A stretch of 64,000 bases of DNA. It comes from Candidatus Kryptoniota bacterium. Lineage in GTDB: Bacteria; Bacteroidota; Ignavibacteria; Kryptoniales; JAKASW01. The notes beneath the pieces were generated by a model that had not been told where the DNA came from, did no database searches, and saw only the letters and a list, made by a program, of their open reading frames with translations. Positions 16,497-25,726 of the stretch are shown here, piece after piece. Numbering within the stretch: position 1 is the first letter of the stretch; each line of letters begins with the position of its first letter. Both the position numbers and the translations under genes were made by a program. The DNA lies in NCBI GenBank assembly GCA_024641705.1, contig JAHECO010000005.1, positions 12,770 through 76,769 on the forward strand, in the 5' to 3' direction.

Positions 16497-17435
16497 GTGT
16501 TTGAATTTGACAGGCTGCATGCCGGGACGGCAGAAGACGGTACAACCCTGACGGGCTGCACGGTGTTGATCTTTGACGGCGGAGCAAAGGCCAGTGCCGA
16601 CATTCGCGGCGCATCTCCGGGAACCCGCGAGACGGCTCTCCTGTCTCCGGAAAAGCAGATGGATAGAATCGACGCGATACTTCTCACGGGCGGCAGCGCC
16701 TTCGGCCTCGCGGCTGCGACCGGCGTCATGAAGTTCCTCTCCGAACGCAACATGGGTTACAAAACCCCCTGGAAAGTTGTGCCGATAGTCCCTGCGGCCG
16801 TTGTGTTCGACCTGAACGTCGGCGGGGCCGACAGGTTCCCGGATGAAGCGATGGGCTATGCCGCCTGCGCGGCGGCTATGAAGGGCGAATTCCGAAACGG
16901 CTCGCATGGTGCAGGGACAGGCACCACGGTGGGAAAGTGGGCCGGACTCGAAAAATCGATGAAGTCGGGCCAGGGGACTGGTGCAGCGGAGTTCAAGGGA
17001 ATAAAGGTCTTCGCCCTCGCCGTCGTGAACGCGGTAGGTGATATTGTGGACCGAAGCGGTCAGGTCATGGCCGGAGCGGTGAGGGACGGTAGGTTCCTGG
17101 CATCGGGAAACGGAATTACCGAACGGCTTGCGGCCGCGCCGGTCCTCGGAACCAATACGACGCTGGTAGCTCTTGTAACGAATGCCAGGCTTTCCAAGGT
17201 GGAATTGAACCGCGTGGCGCAGCGCGGTCACGATGCCCTCGCCAGAAAGATCGTACCTGTCCATACCAGTTACGATGGCGATTCGATATTTGCAGTGTCG
17301 TTCGATGAAGTCGATGCGCCGCTTGATCTCGTTTCGGCTCTTGCTGTCGAAGCGACGGAGGCGGCCATCGACGATGCAGTCAAGTCGGCTGAACCTCTCG
17401 GGGGATTGCCGTCGTACTCGAGTCTTTCGCACTAA
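16497..17435 (+). CDS. P1 (S58, DmpA/L-aminopeptidase-like) family peptidase
   Basis: 312 aa with a GTG start. Motifs are TGCTVLIF, ILLTGGSAFGLAAATGVM and GTNTTLVALVTNA, which contains the self-cleaving GT/N-T nucleophile region. Confidence 0.8.
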   Translation: MFEFDRLHAGTAEDGTTLTGCTVLIFDGGAKASADIRGASPGTRETALLSPEKQMDRIDAILLTGGSAFGLAAATGVMKFLSERNMGYKTPWKVVPIVPAAVVFDLNVGGADRFPDEAMGYAACAAAMKGEFRNGSHGAGTGTTVGKWAGLEKSMKSGQGTGAAEFKGIKVFALAVVNAVGDIVDRSGQVMAGAVRDGRFLASGNGITERLAAAPVLGTNTTLVALVTNARLSKVELNRVAQRGHDALARKIVPVHTSYDGDSIFAVSFDEVDAPLDLVSALAVEATEAAIDDAVKSAEPLGGLPSYSSLSH

Positions 17436-17552
17436 ACTCCTGTTCCTCTCATATCTCATAGATCAGGCAGCGGGGGTGCTGCACACGGTGAGCCCCCGCC
17501 AGGTTGAAACGCAGACGCCACAAAACTAAATTGAGTTTATCAAGGAGTTCAA

Positions 17553-18800
17553 ATGAGAATAGTCTACCTGGACACGTTCGCGGGAATCGCCGGCGATATG
17601 GTCCTCGGCGCGTTCATCTCCGCGGGTGTTGACGCAGTCAAACTGAAATCTGAAATAGACAAGCTCGGCCTCGGAAACGTCGAGCTGAAACTCGAAAAAG
17701 TTGTCAGGAGCGGAATAACTGCTACAAAAGTGGATGTGGTCGTCGCGGGAAAGACCGAGCACGTCGAAGACCTCGGTTCGGAAATCCATCGTCATTCCCA
17801 TGGGCACGGGTATAAGCATGATCACGAGGACCACGAACACGGGAAGAGTTATCTTGAAATAAAACACATCATAGAATCTTCGCCGCTGTCGGACCGGGTG
17901 AAGAGACGGGCGACCGGCATCTTCAGACGAATCGCGGAGGCTGAGGCAAAGATTCACGATACGACGGTCGAAAAGATACATTTCCACGAAGTGGGAGCCG
18001 TCGACTCGATTGTTGACATTGTGGGCACGGCTATCTGTCTCGAGCTGTCGGGAATTGAAGCCGTTTACTCCTCCCCGGTTCGTGTGGGCTCAAACGGTTA
18101 CGTGGAGGCCAAACACGGCGTTCTGCCTGTCCCCGCCCCCGCGACGCTTGAAATACTGAAAGGCTACCCGACCGTCTTCAACGACGTGCCGCATGAGCTG
18201 ACCACCCCGACCGGTGCCGCCATCGTCGCCGCCCTCTCGGAAGGCGTGCTGAGCGACCGGCATATCGAAATAGAGAAGATCGGTTACGGCGCAGGTTCAC
18301 GCGATCTCGGGAGGCTGCCAAATCTGTTGCGGATCGTCATCGGAGACATCGGCTCGGCTACGGAGGAGGATCATGTGCTTCTCGTCGAAACGAACATGGA
18401 CGACATCAACCCTCAGCTTATTCCTCATCTGATAGAGAAGGTCATCGCTGCCGGAGCCACTGATGCGTTTGTAACTCCAGTCCTAATGAAGAAGGGAAGA
18501 CCGGGATTCCTTCTCACCGTCCTGATGTCGGAGCCGGCCCTGGAGAAGATATCGAACGTCATATTTTCCCAATCCACGACGCTCGGCCTGCGGATTCAGA
18601 CGATAAGGAGGTCGAAGATCCACAGAGATGTCAAGACATTTTCGACCAGCCTTGGAGATGTCAAGGCGAAAGAGAGCAGTGTGGACGGGAAGAAGAGGAT
18701 CACCGCCGAGTTCGAAGAGTGTAAGCGAATAGCGGATGAGAAGGGTCTCCCGCTTGCCGAAGTCATGCAGAGAATAAATGGGGAGTTGAACCGGAGTTGA
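17553..18800 (+). CDS. larC: nickel-pincer cofactor biosynthesis / nickel insertion protein LarC (DUF111)
   Basis: 415 aa beginning MRIVYLDTFAGIAGDM. It has a His-rich insert (HRHSHGHGYKHDHEDHEHG), then HFHEVGAVDSIVDIVG. Confidence 0.88.
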   Translation: MRIVYLDTFAGIAGDMVLGAFISAGVDAVKLKSEIDKLGLGNVELKLEKVVRSGITATKVDVVVAGKTEHVEDLGSEIHRHSHGHGYKHDHEDHEHGKSYLEIKHIIESSPLSDRVKRRATGIFRRIAEAEAKIHDTTVEKIHFHEVGAVDSIVDIVGTAICLELSGIEAVYSSPVRVGSNGYVEAKHGVLPVPAPATLEILKGYPTVFNDVPHELTTPTGAAIVAALSEGVLSDRHIEIEKIGYGAGSRDLGRLPNLLRIVIGDIGSATEEDHVLLVETNMDDINPQLIPHLIEKVIAAGATDAFVTPVLMKKGRPGFLLTVLMSEPALEKISNVIFSQSTTLGLRIQTIRRSKIHRDVKTFSTSLGDVKAKESSVDGKKRITAEFEECKRIADEKGLPLAEVMQRINGELNRS

Positions 18801-21262
18801 GAAGCAGATTCTGCGACGTTGCTTTTCCGATTCCGGTACACAGGCAATTCACGTACGAAGTACCCGCGGCACTGAGAGACGCCGTCCAGGTAGGGGTGAG
18901 AGTCGTCGCCCCTTTCAGGAAGAGGCTGCTTACCGGGGTGGTCGTTGGGCTGCGTGCGGAATCGGACCTGCGCGAAGTCAAAGCTATCCTGGACGTGCTC
19001 GACGGGAGTCAAAACTACTCCGACGAAATGCTCCGGCTTACGCGCTGGATATCAGACTATTACCTGAGTTCGTGGGGTGAAGCGCTCAAGAGTGCCGGCC
19101 CCACCGGTACCGCCGTCGAGAGTCGCCAATTCGTGAAACTCATTCCGCAAGATGCGTCGGACAAAAATGAAATTCGCGGCAAAATAATCGACACGCTCAG
19201 GGGTACTGAAGGCTTGGATATAAAACAACTCGGCAAGAAAGTCGGTACGACAGGGCTCAGGTATCACTTGAGTAAGCTTGAGGACGAAGGCATTGTCGAG
19301 GTGTCCGATAAGCTCGGTGAACCGCGCGTATCAATAAAGTATGAAAGCTACGTCCAGTTCAAGGGGGATTACGGCAGCGCGGAGAAACTAGGTACTGTTT
19401 TGAATGAGCTGGACAAGCGCGCGACCAAGCAATCCGAAATAATCCTGAAGCTCAGTCAGCTACAAAGAGTCTCGGAGGGCGGCGTTAGTGTGGTGCAACT
19501 CCTCGCTCAGGCCAGGGGAAGTATGTCCTCCCTCCTGGCGCTGGTCGAGAAGGGGATCGTCGAGTTATACGACAAGGAGAGCTATCGCGAGGCGGAATTT
19601 GGGTATCACGAACCTGACAAGGATTTCAGACTTACACAGGCCCAGTCGAACTGCATCGGCGCGGTGAACGGGGCAGTCGCCGCGGGTGAATACTCGACAT
19701 TCCTCCTTCACGGCGTTACCGGAAGCGGCAAGACGCAGGTCTACATAGAAACGATAGATTTCGTGCTTTCCAAAGGCAAAGGAGCTATCGTCCTCGTGCC
19801 GGAGATATCGCTGACTCCCCAAATAGTCGACAGATTCAGGAGACGCTTCAGCGAAAAAGTCGCGGTGATGCACAGCAGGATGTCGCTCGGCGAAAGGTAC
19901 GATGCCTGGAGGCGTGTCTATCGTGGCGAAGCGCTCGTCGTGATAGGGGCCAGGAGTGCGGTATTCGCGCCGGTGAGGAACCTCGGTCTGATAGTGGTCG
20001 ACGAAGAACACGAAGCGAGCTACAAGCAGAGCGACACCGTTCCGCGGTATAATGCGAGGGACGTGGCGGTCATGCGCTGCCTTGTCAACAATGCGGTCGC
20101 TCTCCTCGGCAGTGCTACGCCGTCGATCGAATCTTACTTTAACGCGGCCAGCAGTAAGTACACGCTCCTTGGTCTTCCGGAACGAATCGACAACGCGCGC
20201 ATGCCCAGGATAGAACTCGTGGACATGAAGAAGAAACGGAAGGAGAAGCTGGTATTCGGGAATTTCAGCGATGAACTGAGGGCCATGATCGGCGACCGGT
20301 TGTCGAAGAAGGAAGGGATAATCATCCTGCGAAACCGCAGGGGATTTTCGACTTACCTCCAGTGCGCGGAATGCGGTACCACCGAGATGTGTCCCAACTG
20401 CGACGTGGCCCTCACTTTCCACAAAAAGAAAAGCCATCTGAGATGCCACTACTGCGGATTCGTGAAGCAGCCTCCTGTCCGATGTTCCAAATGCGGCAGC
20501 GACAAATTGTATTACGGCGGCTCCGGGACCCAGAAGGTGGAGGAGGAGCTCGCGTCATCTTTTCCCGAAGCGGTGATCCTCAGGATAGACCTCGATACAA
20601 CTTCATCGCGGGGCGCACACGATAGGATCCTGACCCAGTTTGCTAACGGCGACGCGGACATGCTTGTAGGGACGCAGCTCGTCGCGAAAGGGTTGGATTT
20701 CCCGCGCGTCACACTAGTCGGCGTCATCTCGGCGGACGCAACGATGCTCGTTCCCGACTTCCGATCGAATGAAAGAACCTTTCAGCTGCTGACGCAGGTA
20801 GCCGGAAGGGCCGGCCGGCAGGACAAGGAAGGGGGAGTTATCATCCAGGTTACAAACAGCAACGAGGAAATACTCGGTTTCGTAGCCCGCCACGACTACA
20901 GGGCTTTTTACGACAAAGAAGTCGAAGTCCGCAGGGAATTGAACTACCCTCCGTTCTCGAGAATGGTGGTACTGGAATTCCGCGGACATGATTTCCGCGA
21001 AACGGGCGAAGCGGCAGACAGGGCGGCGAAGAGAATCAGGAAGAATCTCCCGGTCATAGCTGTGCTCGGGCCGGCGCCCGCCGTTATCGGTAAGCTGCTG
21101 GGGAAATTCCGATTCCAGATCGTGATAAAGATGAGTAAGCAGCTTGACAAGGCAGGGGAGCGTCTCGAAAGCGTATTGGACGAGATCGACGTCGAATTGA
21201 AACGCGCTTACGGCAACAGCATTTCGTTCTTCCCGGATGTCGACCCCGTGTCGACTCTGTGA
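18797..21262 (+). CDS. priA: primosomal replication-restart helicase PriA
   Basis: 821 aa with a TTG start overlapping the larC stop. Motifs are GVTGSGKT (Walker A), VVDEEHE, a Cys-rich zinc cluster (CAECGTTEMCPNCDVALTFHKKKSHLRCHYCG...CSKCGS) and GTQLVAKG. Confidence 0.93.
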   Translation: MRSRFCDVAFPIPVHRQFTYEVPAALRDAVQVGVRVVAPFRKRLLTGVVVGLRAESDLREVKAILDVLDGSQNYSDEMLRLTRWISDYYLSSWGEALKSAGPTGTAVESRQFVKLIPQDASDKNEIRGKIIDTLRGTEGLDIKQLGKKVGTTGLRYHLSKLEDEGIVEVSDKLGEPRVSIKYESYVQFKGDYGSAEKLGTVLNELDKRATKQSEIILKLSQLQRVSEGGVSVVQLLAQARGSMSSLLALVEKGIVELYDKESYREAEFGYHEPDKDFRLTQAQSNCIGAVNGAVAAGEYSTFLLHGVTGSGKTQVYIETIDFVLSKGKGAIVLVPEISLTPQIVDRFRRRFSEKVAVMHSRMSLGERYDAWRRVYRGEALVVIGARSAVFAPVRNLGLIVVDEEHEASYKQSDTVPRYNARDVAVMRCLVNNAVALLGSATPSIESYFNAASSKYTLLGLPERIDNARMPRIELVDMKKKRKEKLVFGNFSDELRAMIGDRLSKKEGIIILRNRRGFSTYLQCAECGTTEMCPNCDVALTFHKKKSHLRCHYCGFVKQPPVRCSKCGSDKLYYGGSGTQKVEEELASSFPEAVILRIDLDTTSSRGAHDRILTQFANGDADMLVGTQLVAKGLDFPRVTLVGVISADATMLVPDFRSNERTFQLLTQVAGRAGRQDKEGGVIIQVTNSNEEILGFVARHDYRAFYDKEVEVRRELNYPPFSRMVVLEFRGHDFRETGEAADRAAKRIRKNLPVIAVLGPAPAVIGKLLGKFRFQIVIKMSKQLDKAGERLESVLDEIDVELKRAYGNSISFFPDVDPVSTL

Positions 21263-21347
21263 ACCCAGGGTTCTAGTATCGCCTCAGTGCAGCGGATCGC
21301 AGGGCTTCATCAAGCTGACTTTCCTCAACCGCCGAAAGCGCGCCGGG

Positions 21348-22184
21348 CTATTTGAAGTACTTCAGCAGAAGATAGATCAGCGGAGCGGAGAATATAAGGC
21401 TGTCGAATCTATCCAGGACTCCGCCGTGTCCCGGAATGATTGACGATGAATCCTTCGCAGCCGCATCTCTTTTGAAGAGCGATTCTACGAAATCGCCGGC
21501 CTGTCCAAACGTCCCCACGATAATCCCCATTCCGAGCGCTACCACGATCGGAAGGTCGGGGAGGACTAGAAATCTGGCGGCTAGCGCTGTGCCGATCGCG
21601 AACACAAACCCGGCTACCGCTCCCTCCCACGACTTGTTGGGACTGACAAACTTGCTCACCTTGTGCTTCCCGAAAGACATGCCTGCAAAGTAGGCAGCGG
21701 AGTCGCAAATCCAAATGGTCGCAAGGATCGATATTATGAAGAGACCGGCCTGCATGTCGCTGGTCAGCACCTTCTCGAGTCCTACCCGCATTCTTATAGC
21801 GGTCAGCATTGAGGCGAAGAGTCCAATGTAAATGATGCCCGTGAACGTGGTGCCGATGTTGACGAAAGCCCCTGAGACTCCCTCCGTCCGCTTCTTCGAA
21901 AGTTCGGACAACATGGCGATCAGGAGGACAGCTATCAGGAAGTCGATCGCCTCGCCCATCCCGGCGGAGTAGACGATGGCGTTGAGGAGTGCGGCAGACG
22001 TTATCCCGAGGACGCCGGAGGCGTCTATGGACTTTGCCTTTGCGAGGGAATAGAATTCATTCGTCGACAGCACGATGAGGGCGGTCGTGAAAAGAAAGAA
22101 ATATGGTCCACCGAAATAGCAGGCAGCCGCAATCAGAGGTATCGCGACGACCGCGACGAGTACGCGAATGGTAAGGTTCGACAT
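21348..22184 (-). CDS. cdsA: phosphatidate cytidylyltransferase
   Basis: 278 aa polytopic protein. The C-terminal signature is GDFVESLFKRDAAAKDSSSIIPGHGGVLDRFDS. Confidence 0.92.
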   Translation of the reverse strand: MSNLTIRVLVAVVAIPLIAAACYFGGPYFFLFTTALIVLSTNEFYSLAKAKSIDASGVLGITSAALLNAIVYSAGMGEAIDFLIAVLLIAMLSELSKKRTEGVSGAFVNIGTTFTGIIYIGLFASMLTAIRMRVGLEKVLTSDMQAGLFIISILATIWICDSAAYFAGMSFGKHKVSKFVSPNKSWEGAVAGFVFAIGTALAARFLVLPDLPIVVALGMGIIVGTFGQAGDFVESLFKRDAAAKDSSSIIPGHGGVLDRFDSLIFSAPLIYLLLKYFK

Positions 22185-22738
22185 CAGTTTTCGTCCTCCA
22201 TCTCTTCTCCGGAGAGGCCAAGGAGCTTCACGATTTCTTTGGCCTCTTCGAACTTTTTTTCCGGGATCCGTACCTCTACTATCGTGGGACGGACCGGCGA
22301 TTCGGTTGCATCGGGATTCAGCTTCGTGAAGACTTCAGATTCTATATCGTGCTGTTCCAGATTCGCGTATAGCATGGCTGCTTCGTACTCGAAATCGAAG
22401 GTGTGCAGGACCCTCCACTCCTCAAGGTAGACACGGTGCTTCGGATCGCCGCAGAGTATCCTGTTGCCCTGATTCTCCAGGCACTCATCGCACACCGCCT
22501 TGCCGCAAACGACGCAGAAGCCTACGGCGCGGTTCTCGGTGTGAACATCGCAGATGATGCCTTCCTCCGAGACGTGCGCTTCGTTCATTGCTCCGCAGGC
22601 CCGGCAATAGATGTGCGTCTGGATGTCCAGCGGACTCCCGCAACTTCCACAGCTGCCCATGGCAGTCATCTCATTGCCGCACTGTGGGCATCTTGAGAAA
22701 TCACCGGGGCTGGCAAAACCACAGTTTGGACAGATCAC
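22184..22738 (-). CDS. multi-zinc-ribbon / B-box-like protein with C-terminal DUF2007-like domain
   Basis: 184 aa with CPNCG...CPQCG, CGSCG...CRACG and CDVH...CVVCGKAVCDEC motifs. A C-terminal alpha/beta domain follows (LHTFDFEYEAAMLYANLEQHDIESEV...VEVRIPEKKFEEAKEIV). Confidence 0.6.
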   Translation of the reverse strand: MICPNCGFASPGDFSRCPQCGNEMTAMGSCGSCGSPLDIQTHIYCRACGAMNEAHVSEEGIICDVHTENRAVGFCVVCGKAVCDECLENQGNRILCGDPKHRVYLEEWRVLHTFDFEYEAAMLYANLEQHDIESEVFTKLNPDATESPVRPTIVEVRIPEKKFEEAKEIVKLLGLSGEEMEDEN

Positions 22739-23640
22739 TGTTCAGTTACCTTTCGGGTATTATGGGTGTACTCATTCATTTGGCGGATTACTGTCGCGAA
22801 AATTAAGCCCAGAAGAAGCGACCATCCTATGATATAGCCCACGCTGAGAGGCGCCTTGCCGGACGGGGCTATCACGCTGTCCTTACCGGTCACGTATAAC
22901 ACCAATGCCGAGACAAAATTGTTTGTGAAGTGGGCAGCCATGGGCACTATAATACTTTCACTAACCGATACGAGATAGCTCAGGTAAATCCCCAACCCGC
23001 AGAGAGCCACGAACGTGAAGATGTCCAGGTGGTACATCGCGAAGATCAGCCCTGTCCACACGATCGCTTTCCGCCTCGACATCGACAGATCGAAGTTGCC
23101 CTGGACCAGCCCTCTGAAAAGCGTCTCTTCGCAGATTGCCGGCGTTACGGCGATTATCAGGAGGACGAGGACGAACTCGAGCGGGCTGTGGGCAGTTATC
23201 AACACTCTGTAGGTTTGTTCGATGGCCTGCTGATATTGCGTGACAAACTCCTTCACCGGGGCGGGGAGGGGTATCAATCCCTGAAGGTACATATAAACTT
23301 CGAGCAGCTGCTCCAGTGCAACCAGCCCGACGACGGCAAGGAAAAGTATGTACCAGTCCGTCTTTTTTACCCTCAGGAGTTTCTTCCATTGCATCGTCTG
23401 TATGCGCGTAAGGAAATATGCCGGGATCAGGATGAACATGATTTCCGCGACCATCGTCGCAACCCGGAAAGCCGTGGTCTGATCGGCTGACGGGATTATG
23501 CCGAAGAGATAAACAATCAGACCGCCGCCAACAAGCTGATAAAGGAAGAAAATAATCAGGAGCGATGCGACGGCAAACTTGGTGGGATTGAATCTGTATC
23601 TGACATCCGTCTCTTGCGGCACGAACTCTTCTTCCGACAA
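22735..23640 (-). CDS. CPBP family intramembrane glutamic endopeptidase (CAAX protease-like)
   Basis: 301 aa polytopic protein with motifs ICEETLFRGLVQ, FAMYHL and AHFTNNF. Confidence 0.85.
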   Translation of the reverse strand: MSEEEFVPQETDVRYRFNPTKFAVASLLIIFFLYQLVGGGLIVYLFGIIPSADQTTAFRVATMVAEIMFILIPAYFLTRIQTMQWKKLLRVKKTDWYILFLAVVGLVALEQLLEVYMYLQGLIPLPAPVKEFVTQYQQAIEQTYRVLITAHSPLEFVLVLLIIAVTPAICEETLFRGLVQGNFDLSMSRRKAIVWTGLIFAMYHLDIFTFVALCGLGIYLSYLVSVSESIIVPMAAHFTNNFVSALVLYVTGKDSVIAPSGKAPLSVGYIIGWSLLLGLIFATVIRQMNEYTHNTRKVTEQ

Positions 23641-23648
23641 TTCTCCTC

Positions 23649-24539
23649 CTAGTATTTGGCCGTAGGCACGCCTGCCAGACCGCTGTAACCTGAAAGTTCC
23701 GCCACTACTGAGCCGATTACGACTTCAGTTTTCACCTTCACCGGAATTTTGAGCGAATCGGCAGTTATCCATACGGTAATCTTTCCTGTGTTCTTGAAAA
23801 GGCCCCCTTTCACGATGACGGGCTCAATGACCTGACAGTGAAACCTACCCGCCTTAGTCTCGATATCCTGCTTGCCGAGGTACTTAACGTCGAGCGGGTA
23901 AACCTTGTCCTGGTAGAAATTCGAAAAGTGGATTTCCGCGCCCGGGCTTAGCGTGTCGTAGTCCATGGTCCGCGCGTAAAAGAAAGTACTGACCGCGTCC
24001 TGCGAGTATGGCTGGATTATGAACGGCCCCCCCTCGCTGGTCCTCGCGGTGTGGTTGCACTGGTCGAACCATGCCACGAAATCCTTCTTGTAACCGCCCT
24101 CTCTTATGTGTTGTTCGAATTTCCAGGGGAACAGTCCCTGGACATCGATGAGCGAGTAGTAATAGTCTCTTACCTTGAAGAAGATGTCGAAGAAAGGGGC
24201 CGAGCGCATGCTGAATTCAACTTTATAACATTTCCTTCCTTCGTAGTACATGTATGACGGCGTCTCTATAGTTGCGCTTCCGGCGTTTATGGGGCCGTAG
24301 TAAATATCGTAGTTCAGTTTCTCTCCTACCGTGAAGGCGTCGTTGACCAGGATGCGGAGATCAGCTTCGCTCGTGTACGGCGGCGGCGCGGCAGATGTGT
24401 CGACTGAGTCTGCTGCCGTGCTGTCCGGGCCAGACAGGGTATACTGTTCATGAGAGGCTTCATATTTCCCGTCCGTCGAGAGGTGTGCCGCAGACAGATA
24501 GAACAGAAGCGGAGTCAGAATCACAACGGCGGTTTTCAT
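23649..24539 (-). CDS. DUF3108 domain-containing secreted protein
   Basis: 296 aa with a signal peptide. It carries the pattern LNYDIYYGPINAGSATIE...YKVEFSMRSAPFFDIFFKVRDYY. Confidence 0.7.
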   Translation of the reverse strand: MKTAVVILTPLLFYLSAAHLSTDGKYEASHEQYTLSGPDSTAADSVDTSAAPPPYTSEADLRILVNDAFTVGEKLNYDIYYGPINAGSATIETPSYMYYEGRKCYKVEFSMRSAPFFDIFFKVRDYYYSLIDVQGLFPWKFEQHIREGGYKKDFVAWFDQCNHTARTSEGGPFIIQPYSQDAVSTFFYARTMDYDTLSPGAEIHFSNFYQDKVYPLDVKYLGKQDIETKAGRFHCQVIEPVIVKGGLFKNTGKITVWITADSLKIPVKVKTEVVIGSVVAELSGYSGLAGVPTAKY

Positions 24540-25525
24540 GCAGGCTTCACCACGCTGAGTCTCTCGAGGGAATGGAGGACATCCTCCACTGAAACCTTGT
24601 TTAACTCATCGGATCCATCGGCCGGCGTGAGGATCACTTTACGGTCTGTTAAAGGAGCCCACCTCACAGGCGTCATCGGTTTGTTATTAGGGTATAGTCC
24701 GACGACATGCGTGCCGACTGCCGCGGCGAGGTGAATCGGGCCCGTGGAGTTCGACACGAACGAGTCCGCCAGCGAGAGGAGTGCGATGAATTCGCGCATG
24801 GAGAAGGCGCCGGCGGCATTTATGCACCCCGCGTTTCCCCCGCAGACGAAGGCGCAAATCTCACTATCCTGGGCGGAACCGGTCACGACAATCTTGACGC
24901 CGGCAGTGCTCACAATTCCGGAACACAACCGACGAAAGTTTTCCCGGCTCCAGTCTGCGGCCGACCCGCCGCTTCCGGGATGCACGGCGATAAACCTCCC
25001 GATCCCGTTTTCCACCAAGAATTTCTTCGCACCCTTCAGCGCCTCCCGGTCGATCTCAAGCTTCGCATCGTATACCTTCGCACTGCATCCCAAAGCGCCT
25101 GCCAGCGAAAGGTTGTATTCGGCTTCGCTCTTGACAGAGTCTTTCCGGTGTTCGTAGACCTTTCGGTTGTGGAGGAAGGAGTACCACCGGTACGCAGTTC
25201 CGACACGGACCGGTATCCTTGCTACGAATGCGGCGGCTGCCAGTCTGAACCGGGGGAAAAGGAAAAGTATTGCGTCGGCCCGGAGTTGCCTGAACCTGCG
25301 TACAGTCGTGAGAAAAGACTCGGATGGATCATAAGCCGCCACCTCGTCGATCGCGTGAAAAGAGGATGCGACATCGGAAGTATAATCTGAGACGAGGGCA
25401 ATTAGCTCACTTCCGGCGAAGCATTGCTTCAATGAGGCGAAGACCGGCAGCGAAAGGACGACATCGCCAATTCTGTCCGTACGGCTGACTACGATCCTTC
25501 TGAATTCGCGCAACATTGGAAGCAA
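24536..25525 (-). CDS. glycosyltransferase family 9 (LPS heptosyltransferase-like)
   Basis: 329 aa. It has the pattern RRIVVSRTDRIGDVVLSLPVF, then FIAVHPGSGGSAADW and SNSTGPIHLAAAVGT, as expected for GT9. Confidence 0.82.
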   Translation of the reverse strand: MLPMLREFRRIVVSRTDRIGDVVLSLPVFASLKQCFAGSELIALVSDYTSDVASSFHAIDEVAAYDPSESFLTTVRRFRQLRADAILFLFPRFRLAAAAFVARIPVRVGTAYRWYSFLHNRKVYEHRKDSVKSEAEYNLSLAGALGCSAKVYDAKLEIDREALKGAKKFLVENGIGRFIAVHPGSGGSAADWSRENFRRLCSGIVSTAGVKIVVTGSAQDSEICAFVCGGNAGCINAAGAFSMREFIALLSLADSFVSNSTGPIHLAAAVGTHVVGLYPNNKPMTPVRWAPLTDRKVILTPADGSDELNKVSVEDVLHSLERLSVVKPA

Positions 25526-25726
25526 TATAAGCCGACGGGGTGTTTATATTCAATTTGCAGCGGTGAGACGTCAACCGGTGCTGCTCCGTGACTTTACCTT
25601 AACTCCCGGATTGCGTATTTTAGGCGAAAGTGGAGGAGGTTCATTTGACGCGGTTTAGTGTCCCGGTGCCGGATTCTACCGGCTTTGGGTCGTTGCACGA
25701 TTTGTCGGCAAGAAAGGCGTTTTAGG

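Noticed and set aside
17470-17499. GC-rich hairpins after the P1 peptidase gene (GCGGGGG/CCCCCGC) and after the DUF1697 gene (GGTGGG/CCCACC at about 14508-14528), considered as terminators
   Set aside because: The stems are present, but the loops are long (16 and 9 nt) and no U-tract follows. They are not convincing intrinsic terminators.
17553-18800. LarC without larA, larB or larE neighbours, considered as a possible anomaly
   Set aside because: Partner genes can lie elsewhere in the genome, and a 64-kb window cannot establish absence. It is not reported as a finding.
25658-25726. Cys-rich N-terminal extension of xseA in the track ORF (MSRCRILPALGRCTICRQERRFR), which might be a zinc-finger addition
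   Set aside because: It lies in the divergent promoter gap, is Arg-rich, and is not part of the conserved XseA N-terminus. A later TTG start is more plausible.
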